Shown piece by piece: positions 28,063-36,866 of a DNA stretch of 58,151 nt. Under the pieces are notes generated by a model. The model was not told where the DNA came from. It worked only from the letters and a program-made list of their open reading frames with translations, and did no database searches. The DNA lies in contig DAIDLJ010000002.1 in NCBI GenBank assembly GCA_027449585.1, positions 1 to 58,151 of the forward strand, read 5' to 3'. Both the position numbers and the translations under genes were made by a program. This DNA comes from Candidatus Micrarchaeota archaeon. GTDB lineage: Archaea > Micrarchaeota > Micrarchaeia > Micrarchaeales > CABMGC01. Position 1 is the first letter of the stretch. Each line of letters begins with the position of its first letter.

Positions 28063-29718
28063 TTAGTCCTCCATCCCGCCCATGCCGCCAGGCATGCCTC
28101 CTCCAGGAGGTCCCTGCGGCCTGCTTCCCTTGGAACTTATCATGTCATCTATCCTTAGGATCGAGACTGTAGCCTCGGTGGCGCTGGTTATTGCCTGGGA
28201 CTTCACCTTTAGAGGCTCTATTACTCCAAGCTTGTCCATGTCCGCAACTGTATTTGAGTATACGTCTACTCCGAAGTTCTTTCCTGAAGACGCCTTGTGC
28301 TTGCTGCGAAGCTGCACAAGCGTGTCTATAGGGTCCATTCCTGCGCTGTCTGCAAGGGCCTTTGGTATGACTTCGAGTGCGTCGGCAAATGCCTGTATTG
28401 CAAGCTGCTCCCTTCCGCCTATGTCCGTAGCCATGTCCCTGAGCTTCATTGCAACTTCGACTTCGGTGCTTCCGCCTCCTGTGACATACTTGCCCTCCTC
28501 CACGGCGCTTGTGAGCGCGCCTAGCACGTCGGTTATGGCCCTCTCCACCTCATCTGTGGACTGTTTTGTGCCTCCCCTTATGAATATCGTTACGCTCTTT
28601 GGATCCTTGCACTTCTCCACGAAGACCATCTGCTCTCCAGATATCTTCCTCTCCTCCACTAAGCCTGCGAATCCAAGGTCTGAGTCGGTGAGGTCGTCAA
28701 GGCTTGTCACCATCCTTGCTCCGGTGGCCTTTGCAAGCTTCTCCATGTCGCTCTTCTTGACTCTCCTAACTGCAGATACGCCTGCCTTTGCAAGATAGTG
28801 CTGGGCTACATCATCTATGCCCTTCTGCACGAATACGACGTTGGCCTTGCTCTTTGTGACCTTCTCGACCATCTGCTTGAGCATCTTCTCCTCCTGGTTG
28901 AGGAATGCCTGCATCTGCTCTGGCGAAGTTATCTCTATCTTTGCATCGGTCTCTGTCTTCTCTATCTCAAGAGCCACGTCTAGAAGAGCGATCTTCGCGT
29001 TCTTAACTGACTTTGGCATGCCTGGGTGGGCCATCTCCTTGTCAACAAGCACTCCGTTTATGAACTCAGTGTCGTCTATGCTGCCCCCTTCCTTCTTCTC
29101 CAGCTTTATGAAGTCCTTGTCTATCACGTATCCGTTGTCTTGCTTCTCTGCAACCTGCTCTATAGCCTGTATGGCGAGCTTTACAAGTGCGCTCTTGGTG
29201 TTTGCACTTCCAATGTTCTTTGATCCTATTGATATCTGGGCTATCTTCTCGAGCTTATCAGTGTCCTTTATGGTTATTGGATTTGATGCCGTCTTGAGGG
29301 CCTGGATTGCGCGCTCCCTAGCCATATCATATCCCTTTATTATCGCTGCTGGTGGGATTCCCTGGTCCAAGAGATTTCCGGCGTTCCTAAGAAGGTCTCC
29401 GGCCACTATTACTGCCGATGTTGTTCCGTCCCCAACCTCCTTGTCCTGGGTCTTTGCCACTTCAACGAGTATCTTTGCCACCGGGTGCTCAACGTTCATC
29501 TCTTCAAGTATGGTTGCACCGTCGTTTGTTATGACTATGTCTCCAAGCTCGCTTACAAGCATCTTGTCCATTCCCTTAGGGCCGAGTGTCGTCTTTACTA
29601 TGCTAGCTACTGCGTATCCGACTGCAATGTTGGTCCTCTGGGCCTCCTTTCCAAGAAGCCTGCTTGCGCCTTCCGGCAATACCATGTACTGATTTCCACC
29701 TAGTTGATTTTCTGCCAT
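28063..29718 (-). CDS. ths: Thermosome subunit (group II chaperonin)
   Basis: 551 aa. It contains 'TLGPKGMDKML', 'ITNDGATIL', 'VGDGTTSAV' and a GGM-repeat C-terminus 'GGGMPGGMGGMED'. Confidence 0.96.
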   Translation of the reverse strand: MAENQLGGNQYMVLPEGASRLLGKEAQRTNIAVGYAVASIVKTTLGPKGMDKMLVSELGDIVITNDGATILEEMNVEHPVAKILVEVAKTQDKEVGDGTTSAVIVAGDLLRNAGNLLDQGIPPAAIIKGYDMARERAIQALKTASNPITIKDTDKLEKIAQISIGSKNIGSANTKSALVKLAIQAIEQVAEKQDNGYVIDKDFIKLEKKEGGSIDDTEFINGVLVDKEMAHPGMPKSVKNAKIALLDVALEIEKTETDAKIEITSPEQMQAFLNQEEKMLKQMVEKVTKSKANVVFVQKGIDDVAQHYLAKAGVSAVRRVKKSDMEKLAKATGARMVTSLDDLTDSDLGFAGLVEERKISGEQMVFVEKCKDPKSVTIFIRGGTKQSTDEVERAITDVLGALTSAVEEGKYVTGGGSTEVEVAMKLRDMATDIGGREQLAIQAFADALEVIPKALADSAGMDPIDTLVQLRSKHKASSGKNFGVDVYSNTVADMDKLGVIEPLKVKSQAITSATEATVSILRIDDMISSKGSRPQGPPGGGMPGGMGGMED

Positions 29719-29872
29719 ATTCTCATCCTTTTTCGATTTTACAAATAGAAATATCGTGATTAATGCTTAGGATATTCAAAATCTGCACATATTATATGCC
29801 CGGTAATATTTTTATAGGTTTCTGAAGATGGTTTTACGAGGACAGCTGCGACTTGTGCGGCATGGGCGGGAT

Positions 29873-31510
29873 CTACGATGCCGTCACATTTATTGAAGCT
29901 GCTGCTCCATCCTCTCCGGTCACAACTATTGTGTACCGTTGCCCGGGCTTGAATTGCACCCCAAGCCTGCCGTTGGCAAACTGCATGGTTCCGGAATATT
30001 TAAGTGCGGCAGTCTGGCCGGCAGTTAGGTTATATTCAGAGAACATGGACGCTGGCATGACTAGGCCATCATGCTCGCTGCCTGCCCGGATTATCCCTAT
30101 TGGAACTGGCAGGGACATGGTGCCATTGCTTTTTATGAAGAAGCTTACAGAATGGAACTCCAATAATCGCGTCCTGGCATAATTTGCTGACGCAATGTCA
30201 TCAATTATCCTACCAGAGTTCAAATACCCTGACAGATTGCCAGACATATCGCCATGACCCATGCTCCTGATGATGTTTCCTATGGCTGCACGGCCTTGGG
30301 AATCGTTGGTCAAATTCTCCATCAGGGCTTGCGCTGTGGCGTTGCTTAATTTCATGCTTATGATGTCGCGCACTTGGCCAGAAATTCCTTCTGGTGAGAG
30401 ATTGCTGTGGGTGAAATTCATAACGTCACCGAGGACCTGATTCTGGTATGGTTGTTTGATGTCCCTTGGCATTTTTGCTGCTCCGACGACGAGTGGTATT
30501 CTGGAGGTATTTATATTTAGCTCGTAGGTGGTGTTTCCGTATACGGTGGCCCTAAAGAGCCTTGTGCTGTAATTCGAGTTGTCCTTTACAGTTATGGACA
30601 CTACGGTCTCATTGCCAAAGACGCTTATCGACGCATTTGTTATGCTTATATTTGCCCTTGAAGCGCGCAGCGCTTTCTCATCGCCATCGCTTAGCCGGAT
30701 AAGCCCTTCCCTTGAGGCCGTTGAACTTGGATTTGAATTGTTTTTAACCACAGTCGCAGCTGTTGCGGATGGAGACATTACAAATGTTGTCTGATTTGCG
30801 CTCACCACTGCGGAGACGGTTGGAAACAGGTCGAGCAGTATGTTGTATGCGCTGGTGTTCTTGGCAGAATAGAACACGCTTACTGAGATGTTGTTGTTTG
30901 TAAGGGCGACTGGATAGGTAGTTCCATTGACAGTTATTGTCGCATTTGATATTCTCATGCTCATTCTCTTTACAATAGAGTTTGCGGGAAGATTGAAGGC
31001 GCTGAGGTTCTTACTGAAGTTTACCAGTGACAGGAGATTTACGGTTCCTGAAGTATTTATCTGCTTCCAGAAAGTGCCGCTGTTATTCGATAATAGTACC
31101 TTTAGTGAGGAGTACGACACAAAAAGTGCCTGCGTGCCGCTAGGAACGTGCGGCGGATCGGTTAGAAGAACGCTAACGTAGCCGGCGCCGTAGTTTGAGG
31201 GCAAGATATTGCTATGGAAATAGGCTACAAGAAGACCCAATGCCGCTAGCACCGCAAGACCTGCTACAAATTTGCTGATGTTTTGGGTGAATATGGCAGG
31301 GTGCTCTGGCCTTTTGAAATATTTTATGTTTTTGAAGTGTTCGTCTGTGAATTCCTCTATCCTGCCGGCTTCCCTGAGCTCCTTGAGGTGCTGACTTATG
31401 GTGGATGGCGATAGTTTTAGCGCGCGGCCTATCTCTGCTGGCGTCTTAGCGCCTTCCTTTAGAATATCGAGTATCTTTCCTTTTGTTTCGAAGGTCTTAC
31501 TCATATGCAC
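29873..31510 (-). CDS. Membrane-tethered winged-helix (ArsR-like) protein with large sequon-rich extracellular domain (DUF4382-like)
   Basis: 545 aa. The N-terminal 'ILDILKEGAKTPAEIGRALKLSPSTISQHLKELREAGRI' is an ArsR/wHTH. A single TM follows (VAGLAVLAALGLLVAYF). Then comes 'VSVLLTDPPHVPSGTQALFVSYSSLKV', a DUF4382-like beta-rich ectodomain with more than 20 NxS/T sequons. Confidence 0.7.
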   Translation of the reverse strand: MHMSKTFETKGKILDILKEGAKTPAEIGRALKLSPSTISQHLKELREAGRIEEFTDEHFKNIKYFKRPEHPAIFTQNISKFVAGLAVLAALGLLVAYFHSNILPSNYGAGYVSVLLTDPPHVPSGTQALFVSYSSLKVLLSNNSGTFWKQINTSGTVNLLSLVNFSKNLSAFNLPANSIVKRMSMRISNATITVNGTTYPVALTNNNISVSVFYSAKNTSAYNILLDLFPTVSAVVSANQTTFVMSPSATAATVVKNNSNPSSTASREGLIRLSDGDEKALRASRANISITNASISVFGNETVVSITVKDNSNYSTRLFRATVYGNTTYELNINTSRIPLVVGAAKMPRDIKQPYQNQVLGDVMNFTHSNLSPEGISGQVRDIISMKLSNATAQALMENLTNDSQGRAAIGNIIRSMGHGDMSGNLSGYLNSGRIIDDIASANYARTRLLEFHSVSFFIKSNGTMSLPVPIGIIRAGSEHDGLVMPASMFSEYNLTAGQTAALKYSGTMQFANGRLGVQFKPGQRYTIVVTGEDGAAASINVTAS

Positions 31511-31562
31511 ACCGCATTTGCCATTCTGTTGTGATGGACAAGATATTTATAGTTTGACTGGT

Positions 31563-31624
31563 CTTTCGGTTTGCTTTCGGTTTTTAAAATTGGGAGTTTG
31601 AAATGTTTTGATGCCTTTCGGTTT
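31563..31624. promoter_or_regulatory. Three direct copies of CTTTCGGTTT in a divergent promoter region (candidate operator)
   Basis: Exact 10-mers lie at 31563-31572, 31574-31583 (11-bp phasing) and 31615-31624. They sit between the TATA of the wHTH-TM gene (CTATAAATA on the minus strand, ~31543-31552) and the TATA-like TTATTTATTT (31641-31650) of the cytidylyltransferase gene. Confidence 0.45.
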
Positions 31625-31672
31625 TTTGTTTTCCACATAGTTATTTATTTGTTTGATGTCAATCGTTTAGGT

Positions 31673-32107
31673 ATGCGCAGTAAAACTGCATTGGCATTCG
31701 GTTCTTTTGATATACTTCACCCCGGGCATATACGCTATCTTAGGGAGGCGAGCAGATATGGGCGCTTGACGGTTGTTGTTGCGCGAGATGATAGCATAAG
31801 GAAGCTAAAGGGCAGAAGCGCACTTGTGGATGAGAAGTCTAGGCTCGAAATAATTGATTCGCTAAAGTTCGTACACAAGGCGATTCTTGGGGATAAGATA
31901 CGAGGATGGAATGACATCTATAATGTGGTGCTCAGATTGCACCCGGATTTCCTGGTCTTTGGTTATGACCAGAAAGTGGACATGAGATATCTTAAGGAAT
32001 TCATTTCGCAGCATAAGCTTAGATGCAGGATAGTCAAGCTTGGCGCATACAGGGCTACAAGGTACAAAAGCTCCAAGCTAAAAAAGCTGATAAGTTCTAT
32101 TCATTGA
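31673..32107 (+). CDS. Cytidylyltransferase-family nucleotidyltransferase (FAD synthetase RibL-like)
   Basis: 144 aa from the internal ATG at 31673. 'AFGSFDILHPGHIRYLREA' is the HxGH nucleotidyltransferase motif and 'VVARDDS' follows. The upstream 34 codons of the track ORF cover promoter-like AT-rich DNA. Confidence 0.7.
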   Translation: MRSKTALAFGSFDILHPGHIRYLREASRYGRLTVVVARDDSIRKLKGRSALVDEKSRLEIIDSLKFVHKAILGDKIRGWNDIYNVVLRLHPDFLVFGYDQKVDMRYLKEFISQHKLRCRIVKLGAYRATRYKSSKLKKLISSIH

Positions 32108-32447
32108 AGGTCATGAAGCCGGACAGATTGTCTCCCCATACGGACCTCTTTTCCATTGCTACACCTGTTTTTGTGGCCTCGAATGTTATTATTCCGTAGC
32201 GCACCTCGCTTACCGGACCGATCCCTTCAACGGTTGTGGTGGTTGTCGTTATGGTTACCGGTACGGTCTTTGTCTCTCCGTATTTTAGAGACCCGGGCTC
32301 ATCTTTCTGGGTCTTTTGGGTATTTTCGTGATCCTTGCGCATAAGTTCCATGATTTCAAGGTTAGGCGAATCGGCTGGGCGAAGTTGCATTGACAGAAGT
32401 AGCTTGAATGCATCCTTCTCTGACCTTGGATTAGCTAATACTGCCAT
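32097..32447 (-). CDS. Hypothetical protein with poly-Thr tract
   Basis: 116-aa ORF. Its own TATA (GTTTTTATAC on the minus strand) lies about 35 nt upstream. It contains 'VTITTTTTTVEG'. I recognise no family. Confidence 0.4.
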   Translation of the reverse strand: MAVLANPRSEKDAFKLLLSMQLRPADSPNLEIMELMRKDHENTQKTQKDEPGSLKYGETKTVPVTITTTTTTVEGIGPVSEVRYGIITFEATKTGVAMEKRSVWGDNLSGFMTFNE

Positions 32448-32544
32448 TCCCCATCAAATAGTATTGTGTTTTTCTGGTATAAAAACTTTTTCTGCATATT
32501 ACGGTTGCAGCATATTTGGCACGACGCCAAGGCTTGAAACAGGA

Positions 32545-33687
32545 TTATTTCTTGGCGGTCTTTTGCAGCAGCGGATCCAGACGTTCGAAGAATGCGTCCC
32601 AGGAGTATTTTTGCTCCACCAGTTTCCTTCCCTGCTTGCCCATCTTCTCTGCGAGCTGAGTGTTTGATGCCAATAGGGCCATCTTCTCTGCCATTTCGGA
32701 TGGGGAGTTTACAAGGAATCCGGTCTTGTTGTTGAGCACGGTCTCCTTTGGACCGCCTTCATTGACCGAGATTATCGGCTTTGAGCTTGCCATTGATTCT
32801 AGGGGTATGAAGCCGTAATCCTCGTTTATGGCAGAGAACAGCACTGCCTTTGAATGCGAATAGAGATCCTTTAGCTGTCCGTCATTTACATTGGTCTTGA
32901 ATACGACGTTGAGGCCTTTGGCCATATTCTTGAGCTTCTCGAAGTACTTCTGGTGCTCTGGATCCTTTGAAAGGGTGCCTGCTATTATCAGCTTGTGCTC
33001 TTGGTCCTTGGTCTTCTTTACAAAGCTCCTAAAGGCCATGATAGCATAGTCCTGCCGCTTATTCACGACCAGACGCGAAGGATATAAGAAGTAGTTTTCG
33101 TAGCCCTTATTTGAGAAGTCTTTGTAGTCTATGCCTGGGTTTATTACAGTAGCATCGCGCCCGTAGTACTTCTTTATGCGCTCGTTTGTCGTATTGCTGT
33201 TGGTCGCTATCTCGTCTATCTTGCTTGTTATGCCTTTTGCTATCATTTTGTAGGTACCGACAAGCGCAGCGTAGACGAGCTTGTCCTTATATGACCTGTT
33301 TTGCATCCTCGTCTCATAAAGGTCATAGACCTCCCTGGGCGGCGTGTGGCAGTACCAGAGGACACGCTCATTCTTGTTTCTTATCCACTCGCTTGGTGAG
33401 ATGTGGGAATTTAGGACGTCATAATCCTCCTTTATCTTCATGTTGTAGAAGTTGTATCCGTACCTAAATCCCTGGGAGGCCCGATAGGGCAGCTTGTCCG
33501 AGAGTGGCACGTCGCGCCCGATGAGCTTTATGTCCAGGTTAGCGAACTCGGAAAATGTGGCGCTCTTATCATACTCTAGAGTGTATATACTTGCATCGTA
33601 GTGCTGAGCTACTTTCAGTATGACCCTTTCGACTCCGCCCCTTAGGTTGAGGTACGGCTGGAGGAGTATTAATTTCATAAGCATCAA
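32545..33687 (-). CDS. Glycosyltransferase family 4 (GT-B, Glycos_transf_1)
   Basis: 380 aa. The C-terminal 'EDYGFIPLESMASSKPIISVNEGGPKETV' is the E-x7-E motif. It lies immediately downstream of aglB. Confidence 0.85.
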   Translation of the reverse strand: MMLMKLILLQPYLNLRGGVERVILKVAQHYDASIYTLEYDKSATFSEFANLDIKLIGRDVPLSDKLPYRASQGFRYGYNFYNMKIKEDYDVLNSHISPSEWIRNKNERVLWYCHTPPREVYDLYETRMQNRSYKDKLVYAALVGTYKMIAKGITSKIDEIATNSNTTNERIKKYYGRDATVINPGIDYKDFSNKGYENYFLYPSRLVVNKRQDYAIMAFRSFVKKTKDQEHKLIIAGTLSKDPEHQKYFEKLKNMAKGLNVVFKTNVNDGQLKDLYSHSKAVLFSAINEDYGFIPLESMASSKPIISVNEGGPKETVLNNKTGFLVNSPSEMAEKMALLASNTQLAEKMGKQGRKLVEQKYSWDAFFERLDPLLQKTAKK

Positions 33688-33697
33688 ATGGCCAAGT

Positions 33698-36600
33698 TTA
33701 GCCTGGCATCGAGTAATTGTTGGTTACGAATTTTGGCTTTGGCGTTACTGTAGGGAGCGTGCCGGTGAAGTTATTCAGCTTGAATATCATTATCTGGTGG
33801 GTTCCGTTTATGTAGTTCATCCCTGTGAAGTTGCTCGGATATGCCAGAGAATATCCCTTTCCAAGGTCGCCTAGGAAGAATCCGCGGTAGTATGTTGAGT
33901 TATAGAATAGCGATGGAGCATCAGTCACTGTGCGATTAGGTCCGTTTGGAGCGTAGAGCAGAAGGAATGAGATGAACTGCTGCCCGGATATGGTTGCCGA
34001 GCCGCCATAGAATGCGGTGCTTATTATCGCGTTTGTCTTGTTGCCTGTAGGAGAGAGTAGGTAAGTTGGCTTTCCAGATTGCAGGAAGGACGAAGGAACG
34101 CAGTAGGTCTGATTAAGCGGCGTAGCTCCTCCTAGCACAGGTATTCCCCTAACCGCGACGGTTGTGGTGTTGCCTGGGAATGTGCAGTATGTGTTTACAC
34201 TTATTGTACCATTAGATGATGGGAGCGGTATGAGAAGGTATATTGGATCATGGTTTATCTCGCATTGGGAGGTTCCAAGGGCATATGGCGAGCCCTGCTG
34301 CTTGCCCGCCGCCAGTGCGAACTGAAGGCCGGTCTGGTTTACATAAGTGCATCCAAGGAAGTCCAGTGCGCCCCATTTCGGTACGAGCTGGTCATCGAAG
34401 AGGATGTACTTTGCCTGTATGCTGTCCATATAGCTTGCAAGGACTGTGGTATTGAATCCATCAGAAGCTCCAAATATGTAGTGCGCGGCGGCCTGATAAT
34501 CTGCCGAAGGCACGGAGTTGTCTCCTCTGAGCACGGCGTTGCTGTTTCCAAACCAGTTTATCCAGTCCCCATAGTCCCACCACGAAAGTATCCTAGGGCC
34601 ATAAGGTCCGACGTTTGCCGCCATCCAGTTGGTTGCAGTTATCCAGTAACTTGGCACGGTGTTGCAGTAAAGCACAGATCCGAGCGCGTTGCCCTGATTC
34701 TGTATAGTCGCACAGTTTGGATTTGATGCTGCGGATACCAGCTGAATTATGACTGGAGCAGCTTCTATTACCAGAACAGCCACTGCGGCGATGATGAGCC
34801 CATTCTTCATCCTCTCCGACCATCCATCAGAGTAATGCATCATGACCTCGCCAAGTATTACGCAGATGGCAATTATGTAGGCCACGCCGAAGTGCGGCAT
34901 GTACTTAACTTCTATCATGCCTGCGAAGGCAAGCGGCCAGACCGCTGCAACGGCGAGGATGCTCGACTTTGAGCTTCTGGTGTATATGGATATGAATTCG
35001 AGTGCGGTAAATGCGATGAGTACTGCCCAGACTATCAGGCTTACACCACCAATGCTGTCCCCGATTATTCCAAATCCGCTTGGTCCGAAATTGAATGTGA
35101 AGAATCCGGTTGGTGCATATTCCTGTACTGTCATGAAGAGAGGCGAGCTGGGCGTGGTGTAGTGGGCGCTGAGTTCGAGGTACTTCTGGAACGGATGTCC
35201 CAGCGGGGTAAAGATTATGGCTAGAATCCCAAGTATCACAACAGCCAGCAGCCATACGGAATAGACCTGCAGGTTGAGGTCCTTTATGTATCCTTGCTGC
35301 TTTGCAATCTTAGGCACATATTCTATTACTGCAACGGCAAGAAGCGCGAGTATGGGGAACGAGACTATAACTGGCACGCCGAAGATTGCTGGTGTTACCT
35401 GGGCAAGCGTTGCGTTGTACGGGCCGTAACCGGCGTAGAAGAGGACGATGACACCGAGCATGACGATATTCATCTTGTAGAAGTCGGTGTTATCTTCTGA
35501 CTTGAAGACGTTTACGAGACCCTGGAAAAGAAGGTAGACTGAGAGCACGGCTGCTGGAACGGTAAAGTAGTGCGCACCCAAAAAGTTTGATGCGAAAGCT
35601 ATTCCTGCAAGTATTGCGTACCTCTGCTCTTTTGGATTATTGACCGCCAATATGTAGGCGGCATAGAAGAAGAATAGGGCAAATATGCCCCACGGCTCAA
35701 GCAGCTGCTCGCCGGCTATGAATGTCGTAAGAAGCACTGGCATCACTGCTGCAAGACCTGCGCCGATTATTGCAGGATACTCCCCATATTCGTGATAAAT
35801 GAACATGAATACTACAAAGACCAAAAGGGCTGCGGTTATGGGTGGGTACCAGCTGCTTACGTTTGATAGAAGAGTTGTATTTATTGTGGATGCGCTTGGG
35901 TTCGCCCCTGCAAGGTTGTACCAGTAGGCCTCTATATAGGGTATGAGCGGCTGCACCCTGTGATACGTACCATTGACAAGCGATGGCCATGCGGCGTGAT
36001 CGTAGAGCAGCTGATGCCCGTATGTGAGTATGTATTGTGTGCTTATCATGTCAAAATATGGGTCGAACTCGAAATATACGGGGGCCTGGGCTATGCTAAG
36101 CATTCTTGAAGCGAAGACAAGGATCATTATGCCAAGCAGGGCGAACCAGATCATGTTGCTCTTTGGCTTCTCCGTGATTGCCGAGGTCTTGCCGCTTGAA
36201 AGCAGATTCTTCTCCTCCATCTCGTGCTTCTCGAAGAGACGTCTCTCCTCGTCCCTGTGCGACTCTATCATCTTTTGGCGCTCCTCCTCGCCGGCGTTTC
36301 CGAGTAGGTCGAGCTCGTCCTGGTGCTCCTTTTGCAGGTTAAGCTCCTCCTCCTTGTGCATCTCTATTATGCGTATGTCTGCTCCGAGCTCGGATATGGC
36401 TGACCTGAGCGATGCTATCCTCTTTCTATAGTCCTTCTCTATCTGCTTCTTAACTGCGCTTTCGCTTCCACTAAAGAAGCTAGGCTTGAATGAGCCAAAT
36501 GCGCCTTGCTGCAACGATAGCATTATGCCTATAATTGTAAGTATAACGACGTTGACATTGTAGAGCGTATTTGAAAACGAGAATATTGGTGAAATCGGTA

Positions 36601-36784
36601 TTAGATATGATTCGAGCCAGATAAGCGTGGGTGGGAATATCATTCCGAAGATTACGCCTATGACCGCGATCTCGAACATGTGCAGTTTGGTCTTCTTCAA
36701 TAGAGCTAAGGCAAGGAAGAATCCAGGTACGACTATCGAAAGTGTGCCTATTATAAGTGGGATTATTAGAGACATTAGAATCAA
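33698..36784 (-). CDS. aglB: Archaeal oligosaccharyltransferase AglB/STT3 with N-terminal 3-TM plus coiled-coil extension
   Basis: 1028 aa. The 'WWDYGDWI' (WWDYG) motif is encoded at 34562-34582. 'FEFDPYF' follows the TM that starts at residue ~211. A multi-TM core and a sequon-rich C-terminal domain are present. Residues 1-210 are extra. Confidence 0.9.
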   Translation of the reverse strand: MILMSLIIPLIIGTLSIVVPGFFLALALLKKTKLHMFEIAVIGVIFGMIFPPTLIWLESYLIPISPIFSFSNTLYNVNVVILTIIGIMLSLQQGAFGSFKPSFFSGSESAVKKQIEKDYRKRIASLRSAISELGADIRIIEMHKEEELNLQKEHQDELDLLGNAGEEERQKMIESHRDEERRLFEKHEMEEKNLLSSGKTSAITEKPKSNMIWFALLGIMILVFASRMLSIAQAPVYFEFDPYFDMISTQYILTYGHQLLYDHAAWPSLVNGTYHRVQPLIPYIEAYWYNLAGANPSASTINTTLLSNVSSWYPPITAALLVFVVFMFIYHEYGEYPAIIGAGLAAVMPVLLTTFIAGEQLLEPWGIFALFFFYAAYILAVNNPKEQRYAILAGIAFASNFLGAHYFTVPAAVLSVYLLFQGLVNVFKSEDNTDFYKMNIVMLGVIVLFYAGYGPYNATLAQVTPAIFGVPVIVSFPILALLAVAVIEYVPKIAKQQGYIKDLNLQVYSVWLLAVVILGILAIIFTPLGHPFQKYLELSAHYTTPSSPLFMTVQEYAPTGFFTFNFGPSGFGIIGDSIGGVSLIVWAVLIAFTALEFISIYTRSSKSSILAVAAVWPLAFAGMIEVKYMPHFGVAYIIAICVILGEVMMHYSDGWSERMKNGLIIAAVAVLVIEAAPVIIQLVSAASNPNCATIQNQGNALGSVLYCNTVPSYWITATNWMAANVGPYGPRILSWWDYGDWINWFGNSNAVLRGDNSVPSADYQAAAHYIFGASDGFNTTVLASYMDSIQAKYILFDDQLVPKWGALDFLGCTYVNQTGLQFALAAGKQQGSPYALGTSQCEINHDPIYLLIPLPSSNGTISVNTYCTFPGNTTTVAVRGIPVLGGATPLNQTYCVPSSFLQSGKPTYLLSPTGNKTNAIISTAFYGGSATISGQQFISFLLLYAPNGPNRTVTDAPSLFYNSTYYRGFFLGDLGKGYSLAYPSNFTGMNYINGTHQIMIFKLNNFTGTLPTVTPKPKFVTNNYSMPG

Positions 36785-36866
36785 TTACAAAAAGTAATTA
36801 ATACGTGTTGGATTATTGATTATTGAATAGTCTATAATTAATAAGGATTATTAACGTTGTGCTTTT

